In this document: in pieces, positions 24,158-37,800 of the stretch
Layout of the letters: every line of letters begins with the position of its first letter
Numbering within the stretch: the first letter of the stretch is position 1
Source of the DNA: Octopus sinensis
Taxonomy: Eukaryota
Reading direction: 5' to 3'
Length of the DNA stretch: 64,000 nt
Assembly (NCBI RefSeq): GCF_006345805.1
Contig: NC_042998.1
Span: forward strand, 126,170,001 to 126,234,000
Notes under the pieces: generated by a model
Told to the model about the DNA's origin: nothing
The model's input: only the letters and a program-made list of their open reading frames with translations
Databases searched by the model: none
Translations under genes and position numbers: made by a program

Positions 24158-24302
24158 GAGTTATATTAATGTTCAAATCATTCAGTAAACAGCTGTTATA
24201 CACAAAATTAAAAGAACCTTCTGCTGAAGCATTTGAATATTTGCTCCAAATTTACTGTTACAGCCATAATTATGTTTCCTTTGGTCTCAATTGGCACACA
24301 AA
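24158..24302 (-). repeat. 145-bp inverted repeat, right arm
   Basis: Reverse complement of 17920-18064. Confidence 0.95.
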
Positions 24303-24914
24303 CTTGTTACTTCTCTCTGGCTCTTTTGTACAATTCACCTGAGAAACATCTGTTGCAAGAGGGCCTGTTAGTCTAATGAATATGATGATGGGCAATGATG
24401 AGTATAATTAATAGCAATTATATAATAATGATTTTTTTTTTTCATTTTGCAATAAGGTCTGATTAGCTGAAGAAAGATGTAGTCAGGACTTAATATATAA
24501 CAAGTACACCTTATTATGGTACCCATAATAAGAAATCCATTCATGATATAATTTGAACTTAGAAAATCCAAACTAAATACTGCTAGATTTTTAGTATGTT
24601 CCCCAATCCTGTCCTTACAGCCCTGTTCCTCTGTATCATTGCTATCAGGTAGCTCCCCTGACTCTATACATACCCAGGTTTCTGTTACTCACTCCTCTCT
24701 CTGCTGCACTCTTTAATCACACTTCCTTCGCAATATCCTGCTGCTTATATTATGGTGTTTCAAACCTCAAGTGTATGCCTTGGCACTTGCTACCATCTAT
24801 ATCTCTCTCTTCTTTCACTCAACCATATCATTTATATTCTGATTCCCATCCCTTGTGAGTATGCCTGGCATTTTGCCACCATCTAAAATTTGAACTAAAA
24901 AAAAATAGAGGGAC

Positions 24915-25205
24915 AATCATGAGGTAGTGAGTTTGATTCTCAGACTGAGCTGTGTTGTGTTCTTGAGCAAGACACTATTTCATGTTGCTCCAATTCATTC
25001 AGCTGTAGAAATGAGTTGTGATATTACTGGTGCCAAGCTGTATCAGCTTTTGCCCTTCTGGATAACATCAGTGGCACAGAGAGGGGAGGCTGGTATGCAT
25101 GAGTGACTGCTGGTCTTCCATAAACAACCTTACCAGGACTTGTACCTCGGAGGGGAACTTTCTAGATGTAATCCTATGGTCATTCATGACCAAATGGGGT
25201 CTTTA
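24915..25205 (+). mobile_element. SINE relic with a ttgagcaagacact central core
   Basis: B-box-like gagtttgattctc, then gtgttcttgagcaagacact...ttcagctgtagaaatgag. Confidence 0.6.
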
Positions 25206-25689
25206 TTTTACTTTTATTATAATATCTGATTTGTCATAACAGAATTACTGCTCTTGCTAAGGTAGTAATCTATAATAGTAATACTCTTTCTTGACCACAA
25301 GGGCTCATACATACAATATATGATAAAATGTGTCATACAAAAGAGGAAGTTACAAAAAAATACAAGGTGTGGGAGAAAAACTTAATGCAATATATTAATT
25401 CTTAAGCCTACTCTCTGCAGATATATACTTCTGTTGCCAAATCCAGTTTCACACAGACACACACAAAAAAAAAAAAAGAAACAGTTCAAATAGTGATGTT
25501 TTGTGGATCAAAAACTTTAACTAAACACTTTTCTGTGTGAGAAATAAAGTTCAATTTCATTTTAGAAAGAATTTCTAGTCAAAAGACATCCTTTTGTGCC
25601 ATGTGTATTTATTATTTACATTTTAGTGTTTATCAATAAATTTCTAAAGACCAAAGTTGTTAGCAAGAAAGAAGATAAAATTCTCTTTC

Positions 25690-26215
25690 TTTCAGGTAAA
25701 TGGCCCTGCTGAATAGATAGAAAAGGAGTTGGAAGTAATTCCATTCACTGCACCCAGTATAAGCTATGGACATGTAAGAGGTGCAGTGGAATCACAGATA
25801 GATTAACAAATAAAGTTGTCTTCATATGTAGCAAATGTGCAGGAACAATTGAGCACAAAGAGAAAATGGGACTTAGTCTCTCTCAAATGCCCAGGTGACT
25901 CTCTTGAGGTTATAGATAGTTTCTGTTACCTAGGTGACCAAATTAGCAGTGGTGGAGGATGCTCTAAAAGTATTGTTTCTAGATTAAGAATATGATGGAG
26001 GAAGTTCAGAGAGCTATTACCTTTGTTGGCAACAAAAGGACTCTCTCTCAGAGTGAAGGGTAGATTATATGATGCTTGTGTGTAAATGGCTATACTCCAT
26101 GGTAGTCAGATATGGGCTCTGGATGCAGAAGACATGCTTAGACTAGAGAGAAATGAAGGTAATATGTTCCATTGGATATGCAACATCAGTGTGCATGTAC
26201 AAAAGTGACAAATCA
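25690..26215 (+). mobile_element. Decayed RTE fragment including PHD and YLG regions
   Basis: GKWPC..RKGVGSNSIHCTQ.KLWTCKRCS...VIDSFCYLGDQISSGGGCS; several stops. Confidence 0.88.
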
Positions 26216-29200
26216 GAGTTAACGTCCATGCTAATATCTCTGGCTGTGATTCTTGTATTCTCAAGACCTATGTTCTATGGCACCAGCCAGTGTGCAGGTG
26301 TCTGGTTCAACATCTCTACTTGTCTTCTCAACTGATTCATGATCTTAAAGTCCATGAATCAGATGAGGAGAAAGGTAGAGCTTCCACATGCCCTGCCCCA
26401 GTTGAGGAGAGATACATCAGCCAGAGTTTCCTCCAACACCTTTTAAAAGTATATGGAAGTCCATCAACTCTTTGAGTAACAAAGGCATGTCATGTTCCTC
26501 CTTGCTCTTCACTGGATAAATTTATCAAGTAAGGAAGCACAGTCTTTTGTAATACTTTGTTCATTCTTTTTTGTCTTCTCTGATTACACATAAACCAAAC
26601 TGCTCCTTTTGACTCACAGTGCTACCATAGGATGAAACACTTCTATTGTCAGTGCCATTTCCAATACTACTCCCTGCTTGTGAATTCCATTATACTAGTA
26701 TGTTTGAGCCTGAAGCTCTTGCTTGTTTGATCTTTTCACTCTTTCTTTCCTCCAAATTCCTTCCTTTTGCTTGAAAACATCTTGGCCATGTACTTGTTTA
26801 TATTATTCAGACCACCACTGTAGTAAGCACTTATTTCTATTACTCCTGAGGAGCTGGTAATTGACTGGTACTTTACTGTATCAAAGGATGATGGATATAA
26901 GACAAATTATTTGTTGGCATGCAGAATTTGAACTCAAAATGTAAAAAGCTGCAACAAATATCACAGGCATTAATGATTCTGTCAAAAACCCCAATAGTAA
27001 TAAACATTGGTACAAGGCCACAAATTTAGTTGATTAATCAGCTTATTGTAATCATAGAGAAAAGAGAAGACCGAAAAATGTTGAACCAGGCAAGATTTGA
27101 ACTTAGAATGAAAAATGACATATCTAAATACTGGAAACTATTCATCTAATGCTCTACCATTTCTGTAATTCCATACTTTAATAACTTATTCATTCTACAC
27201 TAGTGAGATAATTAGTCAAAGTATGTCAGTTTTATGGAATAAAATAAGTCATTATCAATGTATATTTTCTCCTCGACTTTTCATAGCAAGCAGTATCTAC
27301 TATAGATTGTTGATTTTGAGAGTGTAGAACAAGAGCTGCAATATTCAAACTTTTCTCAACAGTTTTAGTGAAAAAAATAGTTATAATCAGACTTTAAATG
27401 TGGATTGTTGAGTGTTTGCCATGTGAAACTAGCAACAATTAATTCTTAAACAGGTTGATGGTGAGAATTTAAAGGATTAACAATAAAATAAAAAAGAAAA
27501 GTTACAAAATATCATTTGGTTCATCCTATCCTAGCTTCTTTAGAAATATTTTTATATTTTGCTCTATTATCAAAATTCTGAAATAGACTAGGTTAAAAAA
27601 ATGGCTATTGAATTCTTGCTAGAGTTAATAATCCATAACTCTTTTGTGATCACATATTTGTAAAGAAATACAAAAGGCACATTTCAGTTAACTTTGAAGA
27701 TAAAAATTGGAGGGATTTAGTAAAATACCTAACTACTGTTATGGTAGTATTTGAGCTATATTTAAAAGTTCTTTTATGATGGAAGATTTTAATGAATATA
27801 TAAGCACATTAAATATGAGATTTTGTATCATAAAATCAAAGGTGGTCTTATGCAGGTTGGTATCAAAGGGGATATGTGTCCTCTTTAGTGTTAATAATCT
27901 GAAAGTATGTGTAGTCTAATCTATACCAATATGAAAAAAAATTAACCATTTAACTGATCACAATGGTAATGCTGATATCATAACAGGTTACTTACTATTA
28001 GTCTGTCTGAAATGTTATGCTAGTCTGTGTTTCCCAAAATTACGACCGTTTTCCTCAATTATTAAGGCATTGTAATATATATATTGTAAATATAATAGTT
28101 TCTGCCCCTCTGAAACTTAACTATGTCATTTTTAATCCAAACCTAGTCAATGTCTGCAGCTAATGTCGCATTGTTGATGATGTTTCCTTCATTGCCAGAG
28201 TTGTAAACATTTTGTTCTATGATCTGTTTCTTCAAAACTTAAAATTAAACAATTCTTTGGAGCTATCCTCAATCTCCAATGCCCTAAAAAGTTATGGGTA
28301 TCAATTTCTCAAACCACAAATTAAAAATACAAAAGCTATCAAAATATACTGAAAGTTATTTTCCATACTGTACAAGGCCTCCATATGTTTCATGTCTTTT
28401 TGATCAATTCAAATAAATTTGTTATTCTTTAGACTTAAAAAAAATTGCTAAAGGGATATAGGCTCAGGATAAACCTTGTTTATCAAATATGCTACTAATT
28501 ATTTGCACCAAAAGATAATGAACCAGATGAGGTGAACAGTATGTCTAAGTCTAATTTTTTCAGTAAATGCCAAACTTTACCATGTGATATTTAAGGACTT
28601 TCTGGGCAACAAAATGTCCATTATTAAATGAAGATTTGTGTACTTGTTAAACAAGTAAAATGACGTCTATTGTTTGTCAAAACTAGAGCATTCTCCTCAA
28701 TTCAGACGATCATTCTTTGCTATATTACTATCAACCACTTCATTGTAACTTTTAGCACACAGTTATTGTCTTTATAGTGTTTTACTAAGTTGACTTCTTC
28801 ATGCATATGAGGAGGCTAATGGAAAAAATCCAAAGACTTAGCAATCAAAATATGTAACAGAGATTTGCTGAGCCAGCATACCAGATATAGATAAAATATG
28901 GATGGTGTGTTAGCTGAAGTTCAAAGTGCTGGTAAATACACAAGATCTATTTAACCTGACAAAAGGATGGGTAGTCAGGAAAGAGACTCTTAAAAAATCC
29001 CAACTTTAACACCAAATAAAACAGCACAATTATGAATGTTAAAATGCATTTAAAAGGATCAGCAGAGTGGAAAACAGAACAGTGAAATTAGGATCAATTT
29101 GTGAGAAGGGTACCTATTTTGTGAATCTATCCAACCTTTAACACTGTGGAAAAACACCAAAAAGTGATCATAATTGAATAGGTTAAAATTAATTTTCTTT

Positions 29201-29248
29201 ACCCTAATTGTTGTACATCTAGCTTAAAATTCTAACACTAATAGTCTA

Positions 29249-29550
29249 TGTAAAGAATAAAAAGTTTTGAATGGTACAACAATGCACTATAATACAAACA
29301 ATGGGCTATGTACCTGTTGTAATTTAGTCATCCATAGTCTGATAGTTCAGAATAAAATTCCTTCTTCAGACATTCTTAGATCGAGTTACTGCTATAATCA
29401 GCTTTTCAATGGCTTTTTTTTTTGGAAGCGTCTCAGCAGTGGTCTCATGAAGCTCCTTCTGGAATTCCTTAGTGCATTGTTGTACCATCCAAAACTTTTT
29501 ATTCTTTACAAACAATACACAATGCTTCAAGCAAACTACAGTACTCTCCT
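29249..29550. mobile_element. 302-bp insertion with a 12-bp target-site duplication and an internal 41-bp inverted repeat
   Basis: actaatagtcta at 29237-29248 and 29551-29562; inverted arms 29249-29289 and 29470-29510 (1 mismatch). Confidence 0.75.
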
Positions 29551-32376
29551 ACTAATAGTCTAATTCACTGACATCCAACAAAACAAACCATAAAAGAATA
29601 TGAAAATTAGTTATACAGTCACTCCAACTCATTAACAGTACAAAATTAATATGCACAACACATTACTATCATAATATAAATTGATTGGTTGATAACATGT
29701 ATGAAGCAACATACAAACATCAATTAGACATGTATATAGATTTTAGTACATACAAGAGTTCATATACCTATATACATTAATACACACATATGCAAATCCT
29801 GACAGACATTTCTATATACACACCCACATATGTATAGATTTTTAAACAACCTATTGAAATTAAAAAGAAGAAAACATACATATTCACGTTATGAATACCA
29901 CAGATATGCAATGTAGATAATACACATGCAATAAATACATCAATATAATATTTTAGAGTGACAATTTAGTTACTGTTAATCAATAAACAATAGTCTCTGG
30001 CACACCAGCTGGTCATTAACTATCAAGGTGGTTGTTTACACTGCTGTTATGACTAATTGGCAGCGTCTGAGAAAATAAAATAAGATTAGGAAATACAGAA
30101 TATTACAAGCCAAACCTTGGAAGATTATGAAACAGGCTAGTAAAACTGAATACATATTTACCACAGAACAAAGCACACCACACCAAACAAAACCAAACCA
30201 TACTGGTTTGTTTAATTCCTTCCTGTAAGATTCATCTAAAGTCATTCTGATCAACCAATCAATATTGTATACACTGACTAATCTAAACAGTCTTTATGAC
30301 TAATATTCTTCCTGATGATAGGTATAATGTAATAAAGATAGTTAAAATAGTACAGAGCCATATTATATAGTTTTACAAGGAGAGAGATTCAGCTGGTTAT
30401 CATAAGCCTTGTAGTGTCACATCACCAAAGACTGGGATTTTAGATTAGTCAATGCCATATTTCTGGTAATAACTTTTGCTACATCTCCTTCAACCCTTTC
30501 TTATAGTAGTTCAGGACTCAATAGAAAAATACACTTTTTTCTCTTGCACAATATGGAAAAAAGCAGTGAAATTAAGAAATATCAATATACACATCAACCA
30601 AAGAAATCTAAAGTCCTAGTACATTAAAGGCAAAAACAGTTACTATACTTTTTGAGGTATTTAATCTTTTAAAATCAATATTCTTGTGAATTATATATAG
30701 GTGCAGATATGGTTGTATAGTAAGAAGTTTGCTTCCTAGCTGCATAGTTTTGGATTTAAGTCCCACAGCATGGCACTTTAGGTAAAAGTCTTAGACTATA
30801 GCTCCAAGCTGACCAAAACTTTGGCAGTGGATTTGGTAGACAGAAACTGAAAAAATCCCATCATATATGTATGTGAGTGTATTGGTTTGTTCAGGTCTCT
30901 TGTAACTTAGTGGTTTGGCAAAAATGGACTGACAAAATCATCATTATTGATTAACATCTACCACCCAGCAGAGTGGTCTTAGTGCTTTTTACATGGCACA
31001 GGCGAGGTCAGTTTTGGCAAGGTTTTTACAGCTGAATGCCCTCCTCCACACACACAGATAGATAGATATGCACACATGGATATCTTGGGGAAATCCTTCT
31101 AGAAGCATGAATGTGAATGATGTCATTGGATTGCATGTGCTTCTGTGTTGTTACACATTATCTTTTATGAATACCAAATCTGACTTTCATATCACAAAAA
31201 GTACAATTCATTCAGTACATTCATTAATGAGCTTAAAGCTTGGTTTAAGGTAGAATTAATTAACTAAACTTGTACAAAGTAGTGTTGAATAAAATATATT
31301 TGTGTCAAGTCACATCCAACAAGTGTTTGAGATTAAAATATTGCTTAAATATAAAACTGAAGTGAATATAACACTAAAAATTACATTAAATAAACATTTT
31401 GTAAAATATTGAAAAGTTAACCTTTACAAAATTTAGGGCACATTTGGTCTCTAGAAAAGGAACTAAATATATCTAAATGCAAAATTTATTAATATTTTGT
31501 TCTTAGAAAGAGAATCACAACTGCAAGATCCTCATTCATCAGCATTTAATGTCCGTTTTCCAAGCTGGCATGGGTTGGATGGTTTGACTGAGGTTTGGAA
31601 AGCCAGTGGCTCCACCTGGTTCCAATCTGATTTGGCAATGTTTCTACAGCTGGATGCCCTTCCTAATGCCAACCGCTCCATGAATGTAATGGGTGCTTTT
31701 TATATGCCACCAGCACAGGAGCCAATCGGGTGTGCTGGCATCGATCACGTTTGGATAGTGCTTTTTACGTGCCACTGACGATTTGGTTATTTTCAAATTA
31801 ATATTAGTGAAATTAGAAAGTTTTGATGCCATTATATTATACTTAGTTGGAGATTCCGATTCCATGAGTGATTCCACAATCCTAACTGTAAGGTGCTTGG
31901 GCTTCAAACACTTGCTGATTCACCTATCTGAAACATTGTAGTTGCTACAAGCAGAGGCATGCAAGACCCCATCCCAGAAAGTCCATCTGGCTGATTGTTA
32001 AACAAACCAGCATAATATGCTGATGTATATATATTCCTTCTGTCTTTCTTTTTTGGTATGACAATGATGCTTGCTCCACTGAATTAGAAATCTATACCAC
32101 TGTCAACTACTCTGTAACTCACCCACCAAATCCTGTACAGATTTGCGTATGTAATTTATCAATCTTCAGAATTGCAACTTCCTGGAACTCTCTCCCCACT
32201 CATGTTTCCTTATTGACAATTGCTAGAAATACCAATTGAACATCAATCTCATTGAATAAATAATGCCTGAAGTGCTATAGATTTTATTCCTCTGCCTTGG
32301 ACAATATCATAAAAAAGTTTCCAGCATCGAAAATTAAGACTGCAGTTGTTTCCTTTGAACTCTCAACACTTTTATC

Positions 32377-34477
32377 ATCATCATTTAACGTCCATTGTCC
32401 ATGCTGGAATGGGTTGGATGGTTTGACCAGGGCTGGCAAGCTGCACTAGATTCCAGTTTGATTTGGCATGGTTTCTATAGCTGTATGCCCTTCTTAATAC
32501 CTACCACTTTGAGAGTGTAAGGGGTAGTTTTATGTGCCACCAGCACAGGTACCATTTGCATGACACCAGTATCTGCCATGACTACAATTTTACTTGGCTT
32601 GATGGGTCTTCTCAAGCATAGCATAATGCCAAGGGTCTTGGTCATTTGTCATTGCTTCTGTGAGGTTCAACACTCAAAAGATGCTTTTCACATGCCACTA
32701 ACGTTGGTCACCTTGCCTTCCTGGAGTCCAGTGCTTGAAAGGTGCTTTTTATGTACCAGTTATGTGACACCAGCATCAGCCATGACTATGAATTCACTTG
32801 GCTTGATGGGTTTTCTCAAGCACAGCGTATTGCCAAAGGTCTCAGTCACTAGTCATTGCCTCCATGAGGTCCAAAGTTTGAAGATCATGCTTCGCCACCT
32901 CGTCCCATGTCTTCCTCTACCACAGGTTCTGTCTTCTTTACACAGCTATCCTCATCCATACGCACCACATGACCATATCAGCACAGTCATCTCTCTTGCA
33001 CACTACTCTGATGCCTCTTATGCCCAACTTTTCTTTCAAGAATCTCACACTGTCGTACATGCACACTGACATTGCATATCCAGTGAGGCATACTGGCTTC
33101 ATTTCTTTTAAACTTATGCATGTCCTCAGCTGTCACAGCCCATGTTTCACTGCCATGTAACATAGCTGTTCACACACAGGCATCATACAATCTGCCTTTC
33201 ACTCTGAGCGAGAGGCCCTTTGTTGCTAGTAGAGGTAGGAGCTCTCTGAACTTTGCCCATCCTGTTCTTATTCTCACAGCTACACTCTTGGAGCATCCAC
33301 CTCTGCTACTAACTTGGTCACCTAGATAACAGGAGCTATCTACTACCTCTAGCTTACCCACCTGGCAGTTGATGGAGTCTATTTTCTGTGTTTATTATAC
33401 CTGTGCATTTTTTACACATAAAAGCTATTTTTCCTGTTAACCTTTGATATTGCTGCACTTCTTATGTGACCATAGCTTACACCAGGTACATCTTACGAAT
33501 TTTCTACCTATGCCTTGTTTACAGATTGAGCTGGGCCATCTACTTGAAGGAATTTGTGATTTGTCTGCCTTCCTACTTACTAAGACTTTGGTTTTTGCGA
33601 GGTTAACTCTGAGGCCCTTTGATTCTAGACCTTACTTCAATACCTGAAACTTCTCTAGTTCTGGTAGTGGTTCAGCTATAAGAACAAGGTCATCAGCATA
33701 GAAGAGCTCCCAGGGGCAACCTGTCTTAAATTCCTCTGTTATTACCCAGAGAACTATGACGAACAAGAGGGCACTGATAACAGATCCTTGGCGAACCTCT
33801 ACTTGTACCCTGAATTCTTTGCTGTACTCATTGTCAACAATCACCTTACACACAGTATCCCTGTACATACTTGTACCACTCGTCTATCCCTAGTTTCCGC
33901 ATTGACCACCAGATATGGGAGCAGGGGACCCTGTCAAAGACTTTCTCCAAGTCAATAAAGACCAAGTAGAGAGGTTTGCCTTTGGCTGAATGTTTCTCCT
34001 GCAGCTACCTTACCAGAAATACAGCATCAGTGGTGCTTCTCCCTGGCACTGAACTGCATCTCATCAAGACTAACTCTCTCCCTAATTAGTTGGGCTATGA
34101 TTCTCTCTGTAATATTCATTACCTGATCCAACAATTTGATGCCTCTAATTATTTCTGTCTACGTTATCACCTTTACTTTTGTAGCAGTTGACTATGGTGC
34201 TGCTACACCAGTCATTGGGTATGACTCCTTCATGGACCACCTGATTTACAATTCAGGTGACTAGACCATAACCCACACTGCCAGATATTTTGAGCATCTC
34301 AGCAGTGATTCCTGATGGGCTGGGGGCTTTCACTATCTTCATATCCTTAATTGCTTTATCTATCAAGGTACCGTTGATTTGGATAGCTGGTCCCTCAGTT
34401 GGGTCAACATTTGGCAGACTCTCCTCCTCCCCCCATTCATTCTCCACGTTCAGCAGTCTTTCGTAATGGCATTTCTA
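32377..34477 (-). mobile_element. 5'-truncated, decayed RTE copy (RT, PHD, 3' UTR)
   Basis: ORFs 34253-34447, 33632-33868 and 33170-33361 match the intact RTE protein; tail at 32377. Confidence 0.93.
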
Positions 34478-34574
34478 GTCACTGTTTAAAAGTGTGGAGC
34501 AGTAGTTCTGGTGACCATAATATTGCATAAATCATCTAAATAAAAGAGATAAAGAGAGAGAAAAAAAAGATGTC

Positions 34575-34810
34575 TATGTTGCTGAGATGAGGAATTCATA
34601 TTATGTATACTGTTATATTAGTCAGACTGATGTCCTCATCTTAATTGTTACTTTCACTTTGTTTAAGCTGTTGCATTCTCCAGCCTTCTTCAGGTGTCTT
34701 GTGTTGTTGTATTGGAATTTTGAACCTAACCCTTTATTTCATCTACTGGGGTACACTGTTCTCATTCCACAACAGCTGAAATGTAATGAAAGTAACATCT
34801 AGATGAGGAC
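34575..34810 (-). mobile_element. Penelope-like terminal-repeat relic with a degenerate hammerhead-like motif
   Basis: Shares aagatgaggaca and aattcctcatctc with 2270-2375; CTGAAGA-AGGCTG...CAGCTT-AAAC at 34661-34693. Confidence 0.55.
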
Positions 34811-37800
34811 ACCAGTCCAACTAATATAAACAGAATACATGAGAAAAAAAAAGCAAATAGATTTGTTGTGGTTTATTGATGGATAACCATGACAATACTT
34901 TTTCTCTAGTGAGAAGCTGATTTGGCATAAAGAATCCAGCAGAGTAGTCAGTTAGCAAGCATGTCAATACCTCAATCAATGCAAGGTAGTTCAATCAACA
35001 GATCAATGGTAAACGCAGATGACCTTCTGAAGATAAGTGGATAAACTTCAGGAGGCTATGCTACCATCTTTATTAAATAGTTATGAAAAATGCAGGACTA
35101 AGGTGTAAGCCAGAGGGTAGCAATTTAGCTGTTAAACTAACCAGGTATTTAAAAGCATAATGAGTTGGTTGCACGGATATAGCATATAATGCAAATACAC
35201 GACAACTGTTGGATGAAAATGTGTTGTCTGTTAACAGTGGAAGGTACCCATAGCAGAAAAAAACAAATGAAGTGATGAAACCAGATTCTGAGGTGTAAGG
35301 TCTGATGAGATGATACAAGACTGAAAAGAATGTTGATGAGCCATATTACAGAGGACCCAACCAATTTAAGCATGTAAAAATAGATGTTTTTAATGATGAA
35401 ACAAAGGTATAAAAATAACAATCATTAGATATAATGGAAACTTTAGAAAACTGCAAATTTTAACATCAGATGTACAGCCCACACAAAATTTCCTGTTAGA
35501 CATAACGTTTCACACTGGTGCAATGCCACAAAATTGTAAATAGTTAATGTTAAAAGAATGACCCCACCCACTTTCCAATACATGACTAACCTACTGGTAA
35601 AGCAATAAAGGAAGTTCTAATGCAGTTGCTTAACTTGCAAAAAATAGTAACCAAATCTCCCTGAAATCATGCTCTACTGCCTGGGAAAAACATTGGGCAC
35701 ATTGAATAATGCAATCCTAGATACAGTAGTGCTGAATAAAAGATGGGATGATGATGATCATCATCATTTAACATCTGTTTTCCTTGCTGGTATGGGTTGG
35801 ACAATGTGACAGGAGCTGGCCAACCAGAGAGCTGTCAAAGCTTCATTTGTCTGTTTTGGCATGGTTTCTATGGTTGGATGCCTCTAATGCCAACTACTTT
35901 ACAGGGAGTGCTGGGTGCTTTTTACCTGGCACTGACATATGTACAGGCGTGAGTGCTTTCTATGTGGCACCAACATGAGTGTTATGGGAGCCAAATAAGA
36001 AGCTTACTGAAAGTTGTAAATAAGTCTATGTAGGCAATAAAATTATTGGTAGAGGGATATCAAATGGTTGCATTGGAGTAAAAGGTATTAATTCTTGACA
36101 CTAATCTGCTTAATACTGAACTAGTTCTAGGATACAAATTTCATATTTTAAAGTGATCTAAAAAAAAATCTTCCAAAATTCCATGTTATGTTTCAAACAT
36201 AAAATTATTTCAATAAATTCATTATTTACAAAATTAACTGAAACAAAGGCTGTGTATTTCAACAGAAATATGGTGACAAAAGAATTAAAGTAGAAGAGCA
36301 AGAGCTGAAAAAATTTTCTACCTGAGTTAGGAAAAACAATTTCCACTTTTTTTTGCAGTGTAAGAGACAATGGATGCCTTGCAACAGTAAAAGAGTTAAA
36401 TGTGTATGGCCAGGTTGAAATGAATCATTAATCTAGGAGACAGATTGAATATATGTAAAAGAACTAAAAAAAAAAAAAAGGCTGTGTACTAGAGACATTT
36501 CAAAATCAATTGGATGATGTATGTGGGGAGTGGGTGAAAGGGGGTGGTCAACCCTGCTTTAAAAAAATTTTAATGGAAAATGATTTAATTAAGAGAAATG
36601 ACTGTGGCAAACATAGCTCGAACAAACTTCCAAGGAAAGAGATTGAGTTAGATCTTAAAAAAAAAAAAGAAGAAAGGGAAAAAACCTCACATATATGATC
36701 AAGAAGTGCTCTTAATAGCTTTGAAAAGGTTACCAAGGGTTACTAGTTTCGCCGCATCAATGATTTTGATTGCTAAGTGAACTAAGTTGAAAGTAGAAGG
36801 AAAACTGGTGCCTTTGGAAACTAGAAACAGTCACTATTGGCAAAAGCAGCAAAATATGAGAAGTTCAACCTACAAAGCATCCTGTTTACAAATGTTCAGT
36901 CAAGTAGAATTAGGTGTATTGCTCAAATACATCAAAATTCATAGAGAAATCCTATATTTCAAACCATTTCAGCTCATATGAGCAAGAAAAAGAAAATAGA
37001 AAACAATGTTTATAACTGAGAATTTCTTTATATGTTAAAAATAATTCGTTTTGTAGAGTTTACTCACCTACACCTCACTCTCAGCTAATATGTCATCATT
37101 TGCAGTGAAGTCATGAACAGAACACTGACACAAACTGCTTGATAAGTGACCTTTCTCAGAGTTCTACATAAAATCACTAGTTAAATATACTGCTCAAACA
37201 TATTTGAAATATATAGGATATAATTACATCTTTTATATTAGTTTTGATTTAGTTATCTGTAAATGAGCGCCATAAATGCTTAAATGATTATGTGCTTGCT
37301 TATAATTAATCACAACTAATTTTCAATGCATTGTGCATGTTTGAGTATTTATATACAATTACATGTGAACACATTATTTTAAATACACATTTGTATGAAT
37401 ATAAGTGTGGTAAAAAATCCCAAAGAGCATTTAACTATTAAGGTGGTAAAGATCTGTTTTTGTGCCTATGTTCAAAATCTATATTATACTTGTACAACCT
37501 GAGCCACCCATGATTAGAAGATCAATGTACAAAAGAATTCCAGACACGACCATATATACATATACAAAATCACACACACATACATTCAAACTACAACGAC
37601 TAAGATTAAATGCTGAGATAATGATCACATGGTCACAAGTTCAAACCTTCAATGCTTTAGAATCAACATGGATATGGTCATGTTGGGGTACCAACTTCGG
37701 TGACAGTTGTTCCAGGTCTTAAGATTTATCTTTGTTCTATATTTTGGGAGCCACGATTTTTTTATATTTAGCATCAATAGTATGTAGATTAGTGAGCTGG

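Noticed and set aside
17920-24302. Autonomous DNA transposon defined by the 145-bp arms
   Set aside because: No transposase between the arms, no TSD of a known superfamily, and termini match no known TIR motif; kept as an unexplained inverted repeat.
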